Shown here one piece after another: positions 23,549 to 35,245 of a stretch of DNA of 64,000 nucleotides. Made by a program: the position numbers and the translations under genes. Source of the stretch: Octopus sinensis (lineage: Eukaryota); contig NC_043001.1 in the NCBI RefSeq assembly GCF_006345805.1, positions 17,422,001 to 17,486,000 of the forward strand. Direction: 5' to 3'. The number at the start of each line of letters is the position of its first letter. Position 1 is the stretch's first letter. The notes under the pieces are model-generated. The model worked only from the letters and a program-made list of their open reading frames with translations, did not search any database and was not told where the DNA came from.

Positions 23549-23912
23549 CTGTGTGTGTGTGTGTGTCTGTGTGTGTGTGTGTTTGTGTGTCTGTGTTTGT
23601 CCCCCTAGCATTGCTTGACAACCGATGCTGGTGTTTTTACGTCCCCGTCACTTAGCGGTTCGGCAAAAGAGACCGATAGAATAAGTACTGGGCTTACAAA
23701 GAATAAGTCCTGGGGTCGATTTGCTCGACTAAAGGCGGTCCTCCAGCATGGCCGCAGTCAAATGACTGAAACAAGTAAAAGAGTAAAAGAGTAAAGAGAG
23801 GTTTGGCTAAGGAAACACGATGACTAAGGAGGAGTTTTTACAAAAGTAATCTCAGTTGTTGTAGGTGCACTTAGGCTCCGTTACCAAAGGTAATGACAAT
23901 AATAATAATCTT
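22700..23912 (+). mobile_element. Degenerate R4/Dong-like LINE (zinc knuckle + RLE), split by SINE A, ending in (AAT)n
   Basis: LHG..RQT..DTEGHVMVARSQSLRTNIIKAKI..CRV..EYRRRHD..LHWD..WYKH..QTDARRPDI; KYQGLAKE spans the SINE; VISVVVGALG after it. Confidence 0.7.
23362..23799 (+). mobile_element. SINE A with 9-bp TSD ggtttggct
   Basis: TSD at 23353-23361 and 23800-23808. Confidence 0.85.
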
Positions 23913-23929
23913 TTCTTCTCTAGGCCCGA

Positions 23930-24065
23930 CATTTTTGAGGAGGGGCCAGTCGATTAAATCGATCCAGTACACAACTGGTACTTAATTTATCGACCCCGAA
24001 CGGATGAAAGGCAAAGTCGACCTCGGTGGCATTTGAACTCAGAAAGTAAAGACAGACGAAATAGT
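23930..24065 (-). mobile_element. SINE B fragment
   Basis: Core match. Confidence 0.7.
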
Positions 24066-24372
24066 GCCATATATACACACATACAAATAGCGCTATATAT
24101 ACACACATACAAATAGCGCCATATATACACACATACAAAGTATGGGGATTTAGTTCACAGGTGATCAAAACAATTTGGTACGCTAGATAAGTGTTATAAC
24201 GGATTTTTATTTCATCTAGTTTCAGCTCGCGAACTGTGGCCATGCTGGGGCACGAACTTCTATGTTTCTTTTTCTTCTTTCTTTCCATCTCCTTATTCTT
24301 TTACTCTTTCTTCTATGTCGTCATCTTATTAATATGTACCATTCTCATTTCCTCAATTTTTACCCCCATTTT

Positions 24373-24426
24373 TCTCTGATGACGGAATATCCCATATTTG
24401 AGGATATCCCAGAAACAGGTGTAAGA
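24373..24426 (+). ncRNA. Hammerhead motif, partly decayed
   Basis: UCU-CUGAUGA-cGG..AUAUCC/GGAUAU..CC ca-GAAA-C AGGU GUA-AGA. Confidence 0.45.
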
Positions 24427-24562
24427 TTATGAATTTCTTCATATAATAATATTGTATACGACTTGAAATGTTTGCCTTGCCTTAATGTTTACTACCCTGT
24501 TTAATATATATATAATATATATATATATATAATCAAAATAAGCAACAGGATATCTGGAGGTG

Positions 24563-24650
24563 ATGCAGTACGATCGTTTCAAGCGACTCCATTTAATTGA
24601 ACAGTGCAATCATTACATCAATCTAAATGCAGAGCTATCCTCAGCAGCAT
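24563..24650 (-). ncRNA. Type I hammerhead motif with palindromic stem III
   Basis: AUGCUG-CUGAGGA-(stem II ~55 nt, partial pairing)-GAAA-C GAUC GUA-CUGCAU; stem I 5/6 bp. Confidence 0.55.
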
Positions 24651-24840
24651 AAATAAATAAATAGAATTTATTTAATCAGTTGGACAAATTTGTATAAGTT
24701 TACCTAAATCCTCTAAGAGGTTAAGAAGACAAAGAAGTCCATGCTGTATTCACGTCCGCTTAGAAGCTACTAAGATATATATATATATGTGCGTGTGCGT
24801 GTGTGAGTGTGTTTTATGCATGTATGTATGTATATGTATA

Positions 24841-24934
<94 letters not shown>

Positions 24935-25006
24935 ATCATTATAAACAATTCATTTGTTCAAGACGTTTGACAAAAGTTGACGCTCATTCATTGTCTTCGA
25001 CGGGAA

Positions 25007-25051
<45 letters not shown>

Positions 25052-25731
25052 TGTAATGAGTTCAAATTTTAGGACAGCGCCAAAGGTTTTTAAGGTGAAA
25101 GAAAAGCAGAGTCGACCTCGGCGAAATTTGAACGTAAAACAGATGACATTCTGCTAAGAGCATTAACGATTCTGCCAATATAAAACATACATACAGAAAG
25201 AGAGAGACAAATAAAAAAAAGACAGAAGTGAAGCTACAATTTTTGAGAGGGAGAATGTTTTTCGGAGATGTGCTCCACCATACTTTTATTTATTTATTTT
25301 TCTGTATGCGATAATTAAAAATACATAAACCGATGCTTTCTTTTGTATCTTCGTTTAATATAGTATTTATCGTTTCTATATCCATAGACAGACCCTTTTC
25401 AACCATTCTGCTTGTTTGGGGATTTATGTTTCGTTTCGTTTTTTTTTTTTGGTCATTTTTTTTTATCAATTGATGTGCTCAATAAACAGATGGAACATTC
25501 GAAGGAGTATTTGATTAGACAGAATAATTCTTTCCTTTTTTTTTTCAGCTGTAGATAAAATAATTATATGTAAACAAGTAAAGATTATTTGTATGGACAG
25601 ATAAATTTTGTGGTTAAACAAATATATTTGCAAACATTGATGAATTTCTTCATATAGTTAATCTCTTCTACAGAATGTCTGAAACCAAGATGTATGTATG
25701 ATGTATGTACGCATGCATGCATGTATGTATA

Positions 25732-25792
<61 letters not shown>

Positions 25793-25794
<2 letters not shown>

Positions 25795-25985
25795 CGGTAT
25801 TTCGTCTGTCGTTACGTTCTGATTTCAAATCCCGCCGAGGTCGACTTTGCCTTTCATCCCTTCGGGGTCGATAAATAAAGTACCAATTTAGCACTGGGGT
25901 CGATGTAATCAACTTAATCCCTTTGTCTGTCCTTGTTTGTCCCGCCTGTGTTTAACCCCTTGTGGGTAGTAAAGAAATAGGTATG
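25793..25985 (+). mobile_element. SINE B (5'-truncated)
   Basis: Consensus match. Confidence 0.8.
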
Positions 25986-26079
25986 TATATATATATATGG
26001 TGGGGATGTTGATTCCTACGTGTTTCCAGGTTTAACCAAGAATTTTCTCAATATTGTTTTGCAAATATTCGTTCAATAG

Positions 26080-26440
26080 GCGTAGCATGGCTATGTGGTA
26101 AGAAGCTTCCTTCCAAACTTCATAGTTTGGGGTTCAGTCCCACTACGTGGAACATTGGGTAAGTGGCTTCTGCTATAAACCCCGGACCGAGCAAAGCCTT
26201 GTAAATACATTTGGACACACAAAATGTGCAGAATCCCGTTGTATACATGAGTGTGTATGTGTTTGTCCTCCCTTGGTGTTGTTTTGTATATGTGTTTGTT
26301 GTAGTGGTCGTTCTCGAGGACGTCCTCGTGCACGTTACGTCCCCATAACTTAACGTTTCGTCAAAGAATACTGATAGAATAACTATTGCACGAGACTTTA
26401 AAAATACTGGCCACAGTTCAATGAATGATAAAAAAAAAGT
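26080..26440 (+). mobile_element. SINE A (diverged)
   Basis: Consensus match. Confidence 0.7.
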
Positions 26441-26731
26441 AAAATATAAAAACAAATACTTACAAATATTTCTTTTCTGTACAAAGGAAATGGAAAAAAT
26501 TCTTCAATCTCTTCAAATACACTCTCGACGTTTCATTGACTTCTGGGGCGCAACACACTGGTGACCACGGTTAAAAAGAAAAGAACGAAATTAAAACGAA
26601 GAGAATGTCTGAAATGGCTTGTCTTTGTCTTTAAAGAAACACAAATGTTAAATTAGAAATAGATGGGAAATAAAGAATAGTTCTTGTTTTTAATTATTTC
26701 ATAACTAAAAGAATTGTCTGTACGAAACATA

Positions 26732-27243
26732 CCGTAAATCCTCGAGTATAATCCGCATTTTTTCCCCAAAATTTAAAGGTCAAAATCCCTAGTGCGTACT
26801 ATATACGAGGTTAAAAATGAAAATTATTTTATAAGCAATGTCCGAGTCTCTATTTGCTGTCCGGCAATGTTTATTCCGACGCATTTTGTGCTGTCGGTCG
26901 CAAAAATACCTTAAGCTAAGCCTGAAAGCAATGAAGTCATAAAAGAATCATCCATAACTTGCAGAAAGCAACATTTATTAAACGTTATTACTGTTATTTC
27001 TTTATTTTCTGCAAACAAAATGCACAAAAAAGCTACTCGTTTGCATTATGTTATATATACAATAATAATAAAGGACGTTACCATATACATTTTTACAAAC
27101 CAAGGACGTTATATAGACCCCCTTGACTCAAGTTAGAGAATGGGTGCGTATTATACACAAGGTTTAGGTTTTTCAGAGGTACAGCCCTGTAAAAATCGCC
27201 TGCGTATTATACTCAAGGGCGGACTATACTCAAGGATTTACGG
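26732..27243. mobile_element. Tc2/pogo-type MITE, 25-bp TIRs, TA TSD
   Basis: TA-ccgtaaatcctcgagtataatccgc ... gcggactatactcaaggatttacgg-TA (2 mismatches). Confidence 0.8.
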
Positions 27244-27474
27244 TATATAATCCAGCAAAAATATTGTCCCCTTTTCAAAGAATATCCAGTCAGAATTAAC
27301 TTAACATTGAATGAAAAAGTGCGAGCTAAACATTAAAATAAATAAACAAACATAAATAAATAAATAAATGTGGAATTCCTTCTAATTACGATGGTTCTGG
27401 CTATAAATCTCTGAGACACCAAAAGGAAAAGAGAACTACGTAGCTGTAGATTAATAAATATTTGCTTATGTCTA

Positions 27475-27575
27475 ACATCTATGTATGTATCTGTCTATCT
27501 ACCTATCTATCCATTTGTCTCTCTGATTATCTATCTATCTATCTATCTATCTGTCTGTCTATCTATCTATCTATA

Positions 27576-27618
<43 letters not shown>

Positions 27619-27995
27619 TATTTGTCTGTCTGTCTACCTGCCTTTCTGTCTGTTTATCTATATACGTATGTAAGTATATAACTATTTGTCTGTCTGTCTG
27701 TCTTTCTGTCTATTTGTCTGTTTATATATGTATGTATCTATCTATTTATCTGTCGGTCTACCTGCCTCCCTGTCTGTCTGTCTATATATGGACGTATGTA
27801 TATATCTATTTGTCTATATGTCTTTCTGCTTGTCTATTTATTCATATATATATATGTGTGTGTGTGTGTGTGTATCTATCTATCTATCTATCTATCTATC
27901 TCTATCTATCTATCTATCTATCTATCTAACTATCTATCAATCTATATAACTATCAATCTGTCTGCCTATCTATCTATCTCTATCTATTTATCTGT
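27475..27995. repeat. (TATC/TGTC)n microsatellite
   Basis: Direct reading. Confidence 0.9.
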
Positions 27996-28507
27996 CTTTA
28001 TTCATAGGTTTGCCGGATCAAGGTCAATTATAACAACCACAATACAAATATATAATACAGTTTTACTATGACAACGATTTGTAACCTCAGTGCAATGTCA
28101 TAAAGAAAGTTTGTCGTCAACCCACTTTCCGCCAGTATTGCCTGGGGTAAATATTTTTATTCTATGTGTTCCATTTTATTACTTTTATCAATACTACGAG
28201 AGTGAAAGCTAAGTCGAACTTTGAATGTTAAGGCACACGAAAATGCAATCGTCCATGATCGTCTGTTTCTTCCATTTACCGCCATTTACCGCCATTTACC
28301 GCTCTTACAGAAATATATCACACTCAGGAAAACAATATTTGTTGAGATTCATCTAACACTCCTTTTTGACTAAATTTTGGCCTCTGAATCCAAAAATGAC
28401 CCTACTCAATTTTTCGAGTTACAGGATACCCTCGTTATGTCCCCCAAACCATAAAAATATCGGACCTAACAGATTTGTGCTTATTTTATTGAACGTTTTG
28501 CAAATAC

Positions 28508-28916
28508 TCTTTACTCTCTTTTACTTGTTTCAGTCATGTGACTGTGGCCATGCTGGAGCACCGCCTTTAGTCGAGCAAATCGACCCCAGGACTTATTCTT
28601 TGTAAGCCTAGTACTTATTCTATCGGTCTCTTTTTGCCGAACCGCTAACTTACGGGGACGTAAACACACCAGCATCGGTTGTCAAGTGATGTTGGGGGGG
28701 GGGGAACACAGACACACAAACATATACACACACACATACATACATACATATATGCGACGGGCTTCTTTCAGTTTCCATCTACCAAATCCACTCACAAGGC
28801 TTTGGTCGGCCGGAAGCTATAGTAGAAGACACTTGACCAAAGTGCCACGCAGTGGGACTGAACCTGGAACCATGTGGTTCGTAAGCAAGCTACTTACCAC
28901 ACAGCCACTCCTGCGC
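28508..28916 (-). mobile_element. SINE A
   Basis: Full consensus. Confidence 0.85.
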
Positions 28917-29202
28917 CTAATGTGCATACAATGGAAAATAAAAACAATCATTGCTTGGCTGTAATGTTTGTACAAATCTATTTTGTTCATACAAAGGATA
29001 TTGTTACTGTGAATCAAATTGTGTGCAAGTAATTAAGGTAAAAATTTACAGGTACATCTCTCTCTGGAGTATTCAATCTGAACAATTTTACTTTATGCTC
29101 CGGCAATAATCAACCATCATATTTACATCTCGTCTACCCTGATACTGTTCCTCCATGACCTTCATGTGCTGAGGTAAGAATATAATATTCTTTAGATCAA
29201 CA

Positions 29203-29617
29203 GGCGTAGGATTGGCTGTATGGTAAGTAGCTTGCTTACGAATTACATGGTTCCGGGTTCAGTCCCACTGCGTGGCACCTTGGGCAAGTGTCTTCTACTA
29301 TAGTCTCGGGCCGACCAAAGCCTTGTGAGTAGATTTAGTAGACGGAAACTGAAAGAACCCCGTCGTATATATGTATATATAAATATATATATATGTATGT
29401 GTGTATGTATGTTTGTGTGTCTGTGTTTGTACCCCCAACATCGCTTGACAACCGATACTGGTGTATTTACGTTCCAGTAACTTAGCGGTTCGGTAAAAGA
29501 GACCGATAGAACAAGTGCTAAGCTTACAAAGAATAAGTCCTAGGGTTGATTTGCTCGAGTAAAGGCGGTGCTCCAGCATGGCCTCAGTCAGATGACTGAA
29601 ACAAGTAAAAGAGTAAG
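29203..29617 (+). mobile_element. SINE A
   Basis: Full consensus. Confidence 0.85.
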
Positions 29618-29862
29618 TAGCTCATCTAGAATGTTGGGATCACCAGGTTCGAGGTTAGATCTAAGACGTTAATTCCTCTCCGCCCAATGCCTCTCTCGAG
29701 CTCTGCTGTCCCACAGAATGCATGGATATTTGATATTGTTACTGACCAAGGAAGAAGCATACCATTTTAAGGTCAACACTGATGATCTAATTGTGTTTGT
29801 GAAAGATATGGAGACATAAAAAGAGTCATTGAGTTGTTGCAATATCACAAAGACAAACTAAA

Positions 29863-30186
29863 TCATCATTGTTCGACCGCGGTCGAGACAATGGGACTTA
29901 CTATGTTACGCCAGACTTCACGGTCCATCATAGCATTACAGAGGTCCTGTTGCTGGATGCCTGTATCCCTGGAGATTACATCAGGGTAAGAGAGTGTGCG
30001 CCCTCTGGTATCGCGAGCAGATGGCTTCCAGAGGAGAAGAGGAGAAATTACCTCTTTTTCAGCTCTACAACAATATCCAGCAAACTGGACTCTTCTACCT
30101 TTCACAAGAGATGATACAGGTGGTAATTTCCTATGTGTTTGTACTTTGGTTGGATGACGCTTCCACAAGAGATTTTGAGCTCTCAA
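29863..30186 (-). mobile_element. RTE-clade LINE 3' fragment (same family as 5278-5743)
   Basis: RAQNLLWKRHPTK..RRVQFAGYC..DREVWRNIV; (TGA)n tail. Confidence 0.8.
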
Positions 30187-30189
30187 ACT

Positions 30190-30405
30190 AAATACCCAAT
30201 TGGGATTTCACCATATAAATTGCCATTCTGGAGGACCCGCTTTAAACTCTGCTTTGAGCTATCGATGAGCAGACACCATTCATTTAAATTACTGATAAGA
30301 ATTCTCAATTCTTCCTGTAAACTCTGCATGCTATGGCAATATACAAACCTACTGTTACTTCGAAAGTACTGCAGGGGTACACTTTCTCTGGATCGAAAGT
30401 AGCTT
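30190..30405 (-). mobile_element. Chapaev3/CMC-like transposase fragment
   Basis: FRSRE..QYF..VYCH..LQEELRI / (frameshift) NEWCLLIDSSKQSLKRVLQNGNLYGEIPIG resembles the EWRLFIDSSKxSLKAVLLHNGN motif; family assignment from memory. Confidence 0.5.
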
Positions 30406-30407
30406 GG

Positions 30408-30586
30408 CTTCGCAATAGCTTGGCTTCACAAATAGCTTGGCTTCGCAAATAGCTTGGCTTCACAAATAGCTTGGCTTCGCAAATAGCTTGGCTTCACAAA
30501 TAGCTTGGCTTCACAAATAGCTTGGCTTCACAAATAGCTTGACTTCACAAATAGCTTGGCTTCACAAATAGCCTGGCTTCACAAAT
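30408..30586. repeat. 17-bp minisatellite (agcttggcttcacaaat) x ~10
   Basis: Direct reading. Confidence 0.95.
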
Positions 30587-30841
30587 GCGTCGATGCTTGC
30601 TTTTTAATTGGGAATTATGAATCAGCCACGGATACAGCAAGAGGAATCAGTGGTGTTTAGGCACTTATGATAAGAAGTAGCAGAAGGAGACATGTTCTGA
30701 AAGAAAGGAAATAAGTATGGGAATAAAAGATAAGTTGGACAGTCACAAGCTTAGAAAAACAAAAAAAATGCTTACTTAGAGGCAGTGCTCCAGCATGGTA
30801 GCATTAGGTTTGCTAAGTCTTGCATACAGACTTTTATGTAT

Positions 30842-31238
30842 TACTATCAGTATCGCCCGGCGTTGCTCGGGTTTTTGTCGACCCTTTAGAATTGGAATTT
30901 TTGAAAAGTAAAAACTTTGCATTATGTAGCTTGTTATTCTCTTTAAGTGAACATTTTTCTGGTTGAAATATACCGAAAAATGGCGACACAGCAGTCAAAG
31001 ATTCGTAAAAAAAAAAGGATTTTCATAGAAAAAAAAGCACCTTTTTGATGTAAATAATTTTTGGTGTTAACATGGTCCGATTTGAATTTTTTCTTCTACG
31101 GAAGGAAGAGCAAGCCTTCTTCTATCATACTCTCAATTTTGGTCAACTTCCGCCGCAGGGTCTCGGAGGAAATAGTGTTAGTTGAAGGCTACCAAACGTG
31201 CCATACACAGACAACTTCAGCTTTATATAGAGAGAGAT
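30842..31238 (+). mobile_element. Helentron/HINE-like element
   Basis: 5' cagtatcgcccggcgttgctcggg; 3' cagacaacttcagctttatatagagagagat. Confidence 0.55.
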
Positions 31239-31564
31239 TTGCAGAATACATTAGCAATCACCTATATAGAGCGGCCGCAGTGGCCCTGTAACCACTATCC
31301 TAGATAAATATGTGTATTCTACATAAATGTTTATGGATATTAACTTTAACATGAATTGATCTGAAAGAAAATGTAAAAGGACAGAGCTAAGTAATGCAAG
31401 ACATTTATGCAATGTAATCTCTGGTTAAAGTTTAAACATAAAAATCAACTAAAGAAAACATTTACCTGTATGAAATGTCATTAATCTTAGAAGGAAAAGT
31501 ACAAAAATCTTAATACCGAAAGGCTCTTGTACTTCAACACAGTTTTTCTTGTCAAATCCTATTT

Positions 31565-32160
31565 GTTTACTGCCCACAAGGGACTAAACACAGAGAGGAC
31601 AAACAAGGACAGACAAACGGATTAAGTCGATTATATCGACTCCAGTGCGTAACTGGTACTTATTTAATAAACCCCGAAAGGATGAAAGGCAAAGTCGACC
31701 TCGGCGGAATTTGAACTCAGAACGTAACGACAGACGAAATACCTATTTCTTTTTCTACCCACAAGGAGCTAAACACAGAGGGGACAAACAAGGACAGACA
31801 AAGGGATTAAGTCGATTATATCGACCCCATTGCGTAACTAGTACTTATTTAATCGACCCCGAAAGGATGAAAGGCAAAGTCGACCTTGGCGGAATTTGAA
31901 CTCAGAACGTAGCAGCAGACGAAATACCTATTTCTTTTTCTACCCACAAGGGGCTAAACACAGAGAGGACAAAGAAGGACAGACAAACGGATTAAGTCGA
32001 TTATATCGACCCCATTGCGTAACTGGTACTTATTTAATCGACCCCGAAAGGATGAAAGGCAAAGCAGACCTCGGCGGGATTTGAACTCAGAACGTAGCGG
32101 CAGACGAAATACCGCTAAGCATTTCGCCCGGCGCGCTAACGATTCTGCCAGCTCACCACC
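31565..32160 (-). mobile_element. SINE B tandem array (3 units)
   Basis: Junctions at ~31740 and ~31925. Confidence 0.85.
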
Positions 32161-32564
32161 TTTTTCCTGTCAAATCTTTTCGAACTCATTCAAATTTGTT
32201 TAAAAGCCGTTTTTGCTTGCAATTTTTTCTAGCTTACTCAGTTTTTTGCCTTTTCTTTTTCAGCCAGTATAAGTTGGCAGGCCTTGGCTCGAAATTGGCT
32301 TATTGATTCTGTCTGCACAAATGTTTTACAATTATAGAATTATTTATAGAATAGATCCAGTGTACAGGTTAACGTACAAGAATTCTATTCAAGATTTTTG
32401 ATCTTGTAGAAAATTCATCTTAAACATGTATAATTTATAAAATTTGGTTGTCTTTTCAGTACCCTGATATTTTTTAGTCATATTGCTTAATATTAATCTA
32501 CAAATTGTACCAAATCTGTATCACGACCAACACCTTCGTGGAGGATATTTACGTTCACATCTCG

Positions 32565-32795
32565 TCGGCGAGCTGGCAGAATCGCTAGCACGCCGGGCGA
32601 AATGCTTAGCCGTGTTTCGTCTGCCGTTACGTTCTGAGTTCAAATTCCGCCGAGGTCGACTTTGCCTTTCATCCTTTCGGGGTCGATTAAATAAGTACTA
32701 GTTACGCACTGGGGTCGGAATAATCGACTTAATCCGTTTGTCTGTCCTTGTTTGTCCTCTCTGTGTTTAGCCCCTTGTGGGCAATAAACAAATAA
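32565..32795 (+). mobile_element. SINE B
   Basis: Full consensus. Confidence 0.85.
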
Positions 32796-33075
32796 GAAAT
32801 ATATTTTAATGTCGAGTTCTGTGTCTCAGGTAAGGCAATAAAATACCTGTAAATCTTTAAAGGGTTTTTTCACTCTACAGTTTCACTGCAGTGAAAATAT
32901 CAAGTATGATTTGACCATGCTAATGATGAAAATCTCGATTAAGAAAACTTGCGATGTGTAGGGCCCTTTGAGGCTTGCTAGGGATTTTTTCAGTTTCCAA
33001 TTAAACAAGGTAATCGTGTCATTAAATATTTACCTATACATTTTCCTTGTCTACAAATAATCGTGTTTTATGCAA

Positions 33076-33476
33076 TACTAGCAGTATCGCCCGGCGTTGC
33101 TCGGGTTTGTAAGAGAAATAACTATATAAGCATTTTTAGAGAGTTATAGCCAAGAAATAGCCAAAAAATGCATTAAAAATGGAAAAAAAATTATGGTAAT
33201 TTTTTTTTTAAATCGCTGACTCATCGTAGACATTTTTAGAGAGTTACTTCCCTTATATAATAGCGAAAAAATGCATTAAAATGGGAAAAAATGATGGTAA
33301 ATTATTTTTAAAATCGTAGACTCATCGTAGACGCGCGCTAGTACCCAGAAGGGCTCGATATGAATCACGACTATAAGATACCCGGTTTTGGTTAAACTGC
33401 ACCGCAAAATGTGGGAGTAGTTAGGAATCTAAATCGTAGGAGACACACACACAACTTCACTTTTATATATAAAGAT
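33076..33476 (+). mobile_element. Helentron/HINE-like element
   Basis: Same termini as 8054. Confidence 0.55.
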
Positions 33477-33552
33477 ATGAATGGGATTATAGACGATGAT
33501 GATTACCAATAAATACAACTTTTCTTGTTATTGTATTTTCTTTGGCTTAACA

Positions 33553-33887
33553 TTAGGTTGTCAGATAAATTCGTTCGTTTCTTTCTGAAGTCATTTTAAT
33601 TAATATGGATAATATTTTGCTGTAGTGTTTTAAGTTTTGTGGCTCTATACTTCCTCTGTAAATTTACACTTTTACTCTTTTACTTGTTTCAGTCATTTCA
33701 CTGCGGCCATGCTGGAGCACAGCCTTTAGTCGAGCAAATCAACCCCAGGATTTATTCTTTGTGAGCTTAGTACTTATTCTATCGGATCTCTTTTGCCGAA
33801 CCGCTAAGTTACGGGAACGTAAACACACCTGCATCGCTTGCCAAGCGATGTTGGGGAGGGGAGACAAACACAGACACACAAACATAT

Positions 33888-33921
<34 letters not shown>

Positions 33922-34560
33922 ATAAAAGGAATTCCAACCTTGTCTGATTTTCACGTTTTATTTACAATCTTATAATGATATAAGATAATATAATATAATA
34001 TAATAAAATAATAGAATGTTAAATGTTCATTCTGATTGAACTAGTACTTTCATGCATTAAATACTGCAATCTTCAGGTTCATGTAGTAGTGGTGACAGTC
34101 ATGCTTCACACTTTTTGACTGTGAAAAAAAAGTCGACCTCGGCGGAATTTGAACTCAGAACGTAACGGCAGACGAAATACGGCTACGCATTTCGCCCGGC
34201 GTGCTAACGCTTCTGCCAGCTCGCCGCCTTAAATCACTTGGTGGGTAAGGTCCAAACGATCAGACCAGCGACACGGCATGCTTTTGCAATACGACAACGC
34301 TCTCCAAGTCTGTGATGTTTCATTCAACAACAACGTAGAGGTGAAAACATGGCTTGAGGAATTCTTCGTATCAAGGCTCTTTGATTACCGGGTGATTATT
34401 GTCATTACATTGGCAAGAAGTTGCGAACAATGACATTGGTAAGAAGTCGCGAACAATGAAAGAATATATTATCGATTGATTTGTTAATATCGCTGATGAA
34501 AAATAAAAGATTAAAATAAACGGAAAGAAAAAGAACGAACGAATTTATCTGACAACCCAA
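33553..34560 (+). mobile_element. Internally deleted mariner element, 28-bp TIRs, with nested SINE A, AT-rich repeat and SINE B
   Basis: ttaggttgtcagataaattcgttcgtt.. / ..aacgaacgaatttatctgacaacccaa-TA; residual LLQYDNA, KTWLEEFF, WQEVANN, EYIID*. Confidence 0.75.
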
Positions 34561-35012
34561 TATATCCAAATCTTTGCAGAGAATAGTTAGACAATGTTAT
34601 GAATACTTCAAAGATTCTGCTATTGGCAGTATCTATGCAGTAAAACCTACACAAGGAGAGCTGATTCATCGTAGGTTATTGCCTCAGCGCAAAGCAGGTG
34701 GTAAATGTATGAATGATATATACTTGCTTGTTGTTAACAATGTTGTCAGCGAAAATTTAAACATGTAAGGCAGACGATAAATCTTTTAGTAAATGGTCAA
34801 GAAGGAAATTAATAGTTGAACGAAGCCAAAACTATGCATTCCGACGAAGAGTTTAGAAATGTATTTATCAATAAAATACAACGATTTGACTTAGTTTTGC
34901 TCTCCTTCAAGACTATTATAATATACAACTCATTTACATCGACTACTTGTGTAAAAGAAGATAAGAAAAGTTAACGGTTGAAGTAACCTTGAAATATAAA
35001 GTGAATATATAA

Positions 35013-35245
35013 AGGGCGGCGAGCTGGCAGAAACGTTAGCGCACCGGGCGAAATGCGCAGCCGTATTTCGTCTGCCGTTACGTTCTGAGTTCAAATTCTG
35101 CCGAGGTCAACTTTGCCTTTCATTCTTTCGGGGTCGATAAATTAAGTACTAGTTGCGCACTGGGGTCGATATAATCGACTTAATCCGTTTGTGTGTCCTT
35201 GTTGGTCCCCTCTGTGTTTAGCCCCTTGTGGGTAGTAAAGAAATA
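35013..35245 (+). mobile_element. SINE B
   Basis: Full consensus. Confidence 0.85.

Noticed and set aside
29052-29183. AG...GTAAG-bounded candidate exon (similar case at 32881-33009)
   Set aside because: Stops in all three frames and weak acceptor; no support for a coding exon.
30408-30586. CRISPR-like periodicity (also in the SINE B arrays)
   Set aside because: No unique spacers, no cas genes, eukaryotic context.
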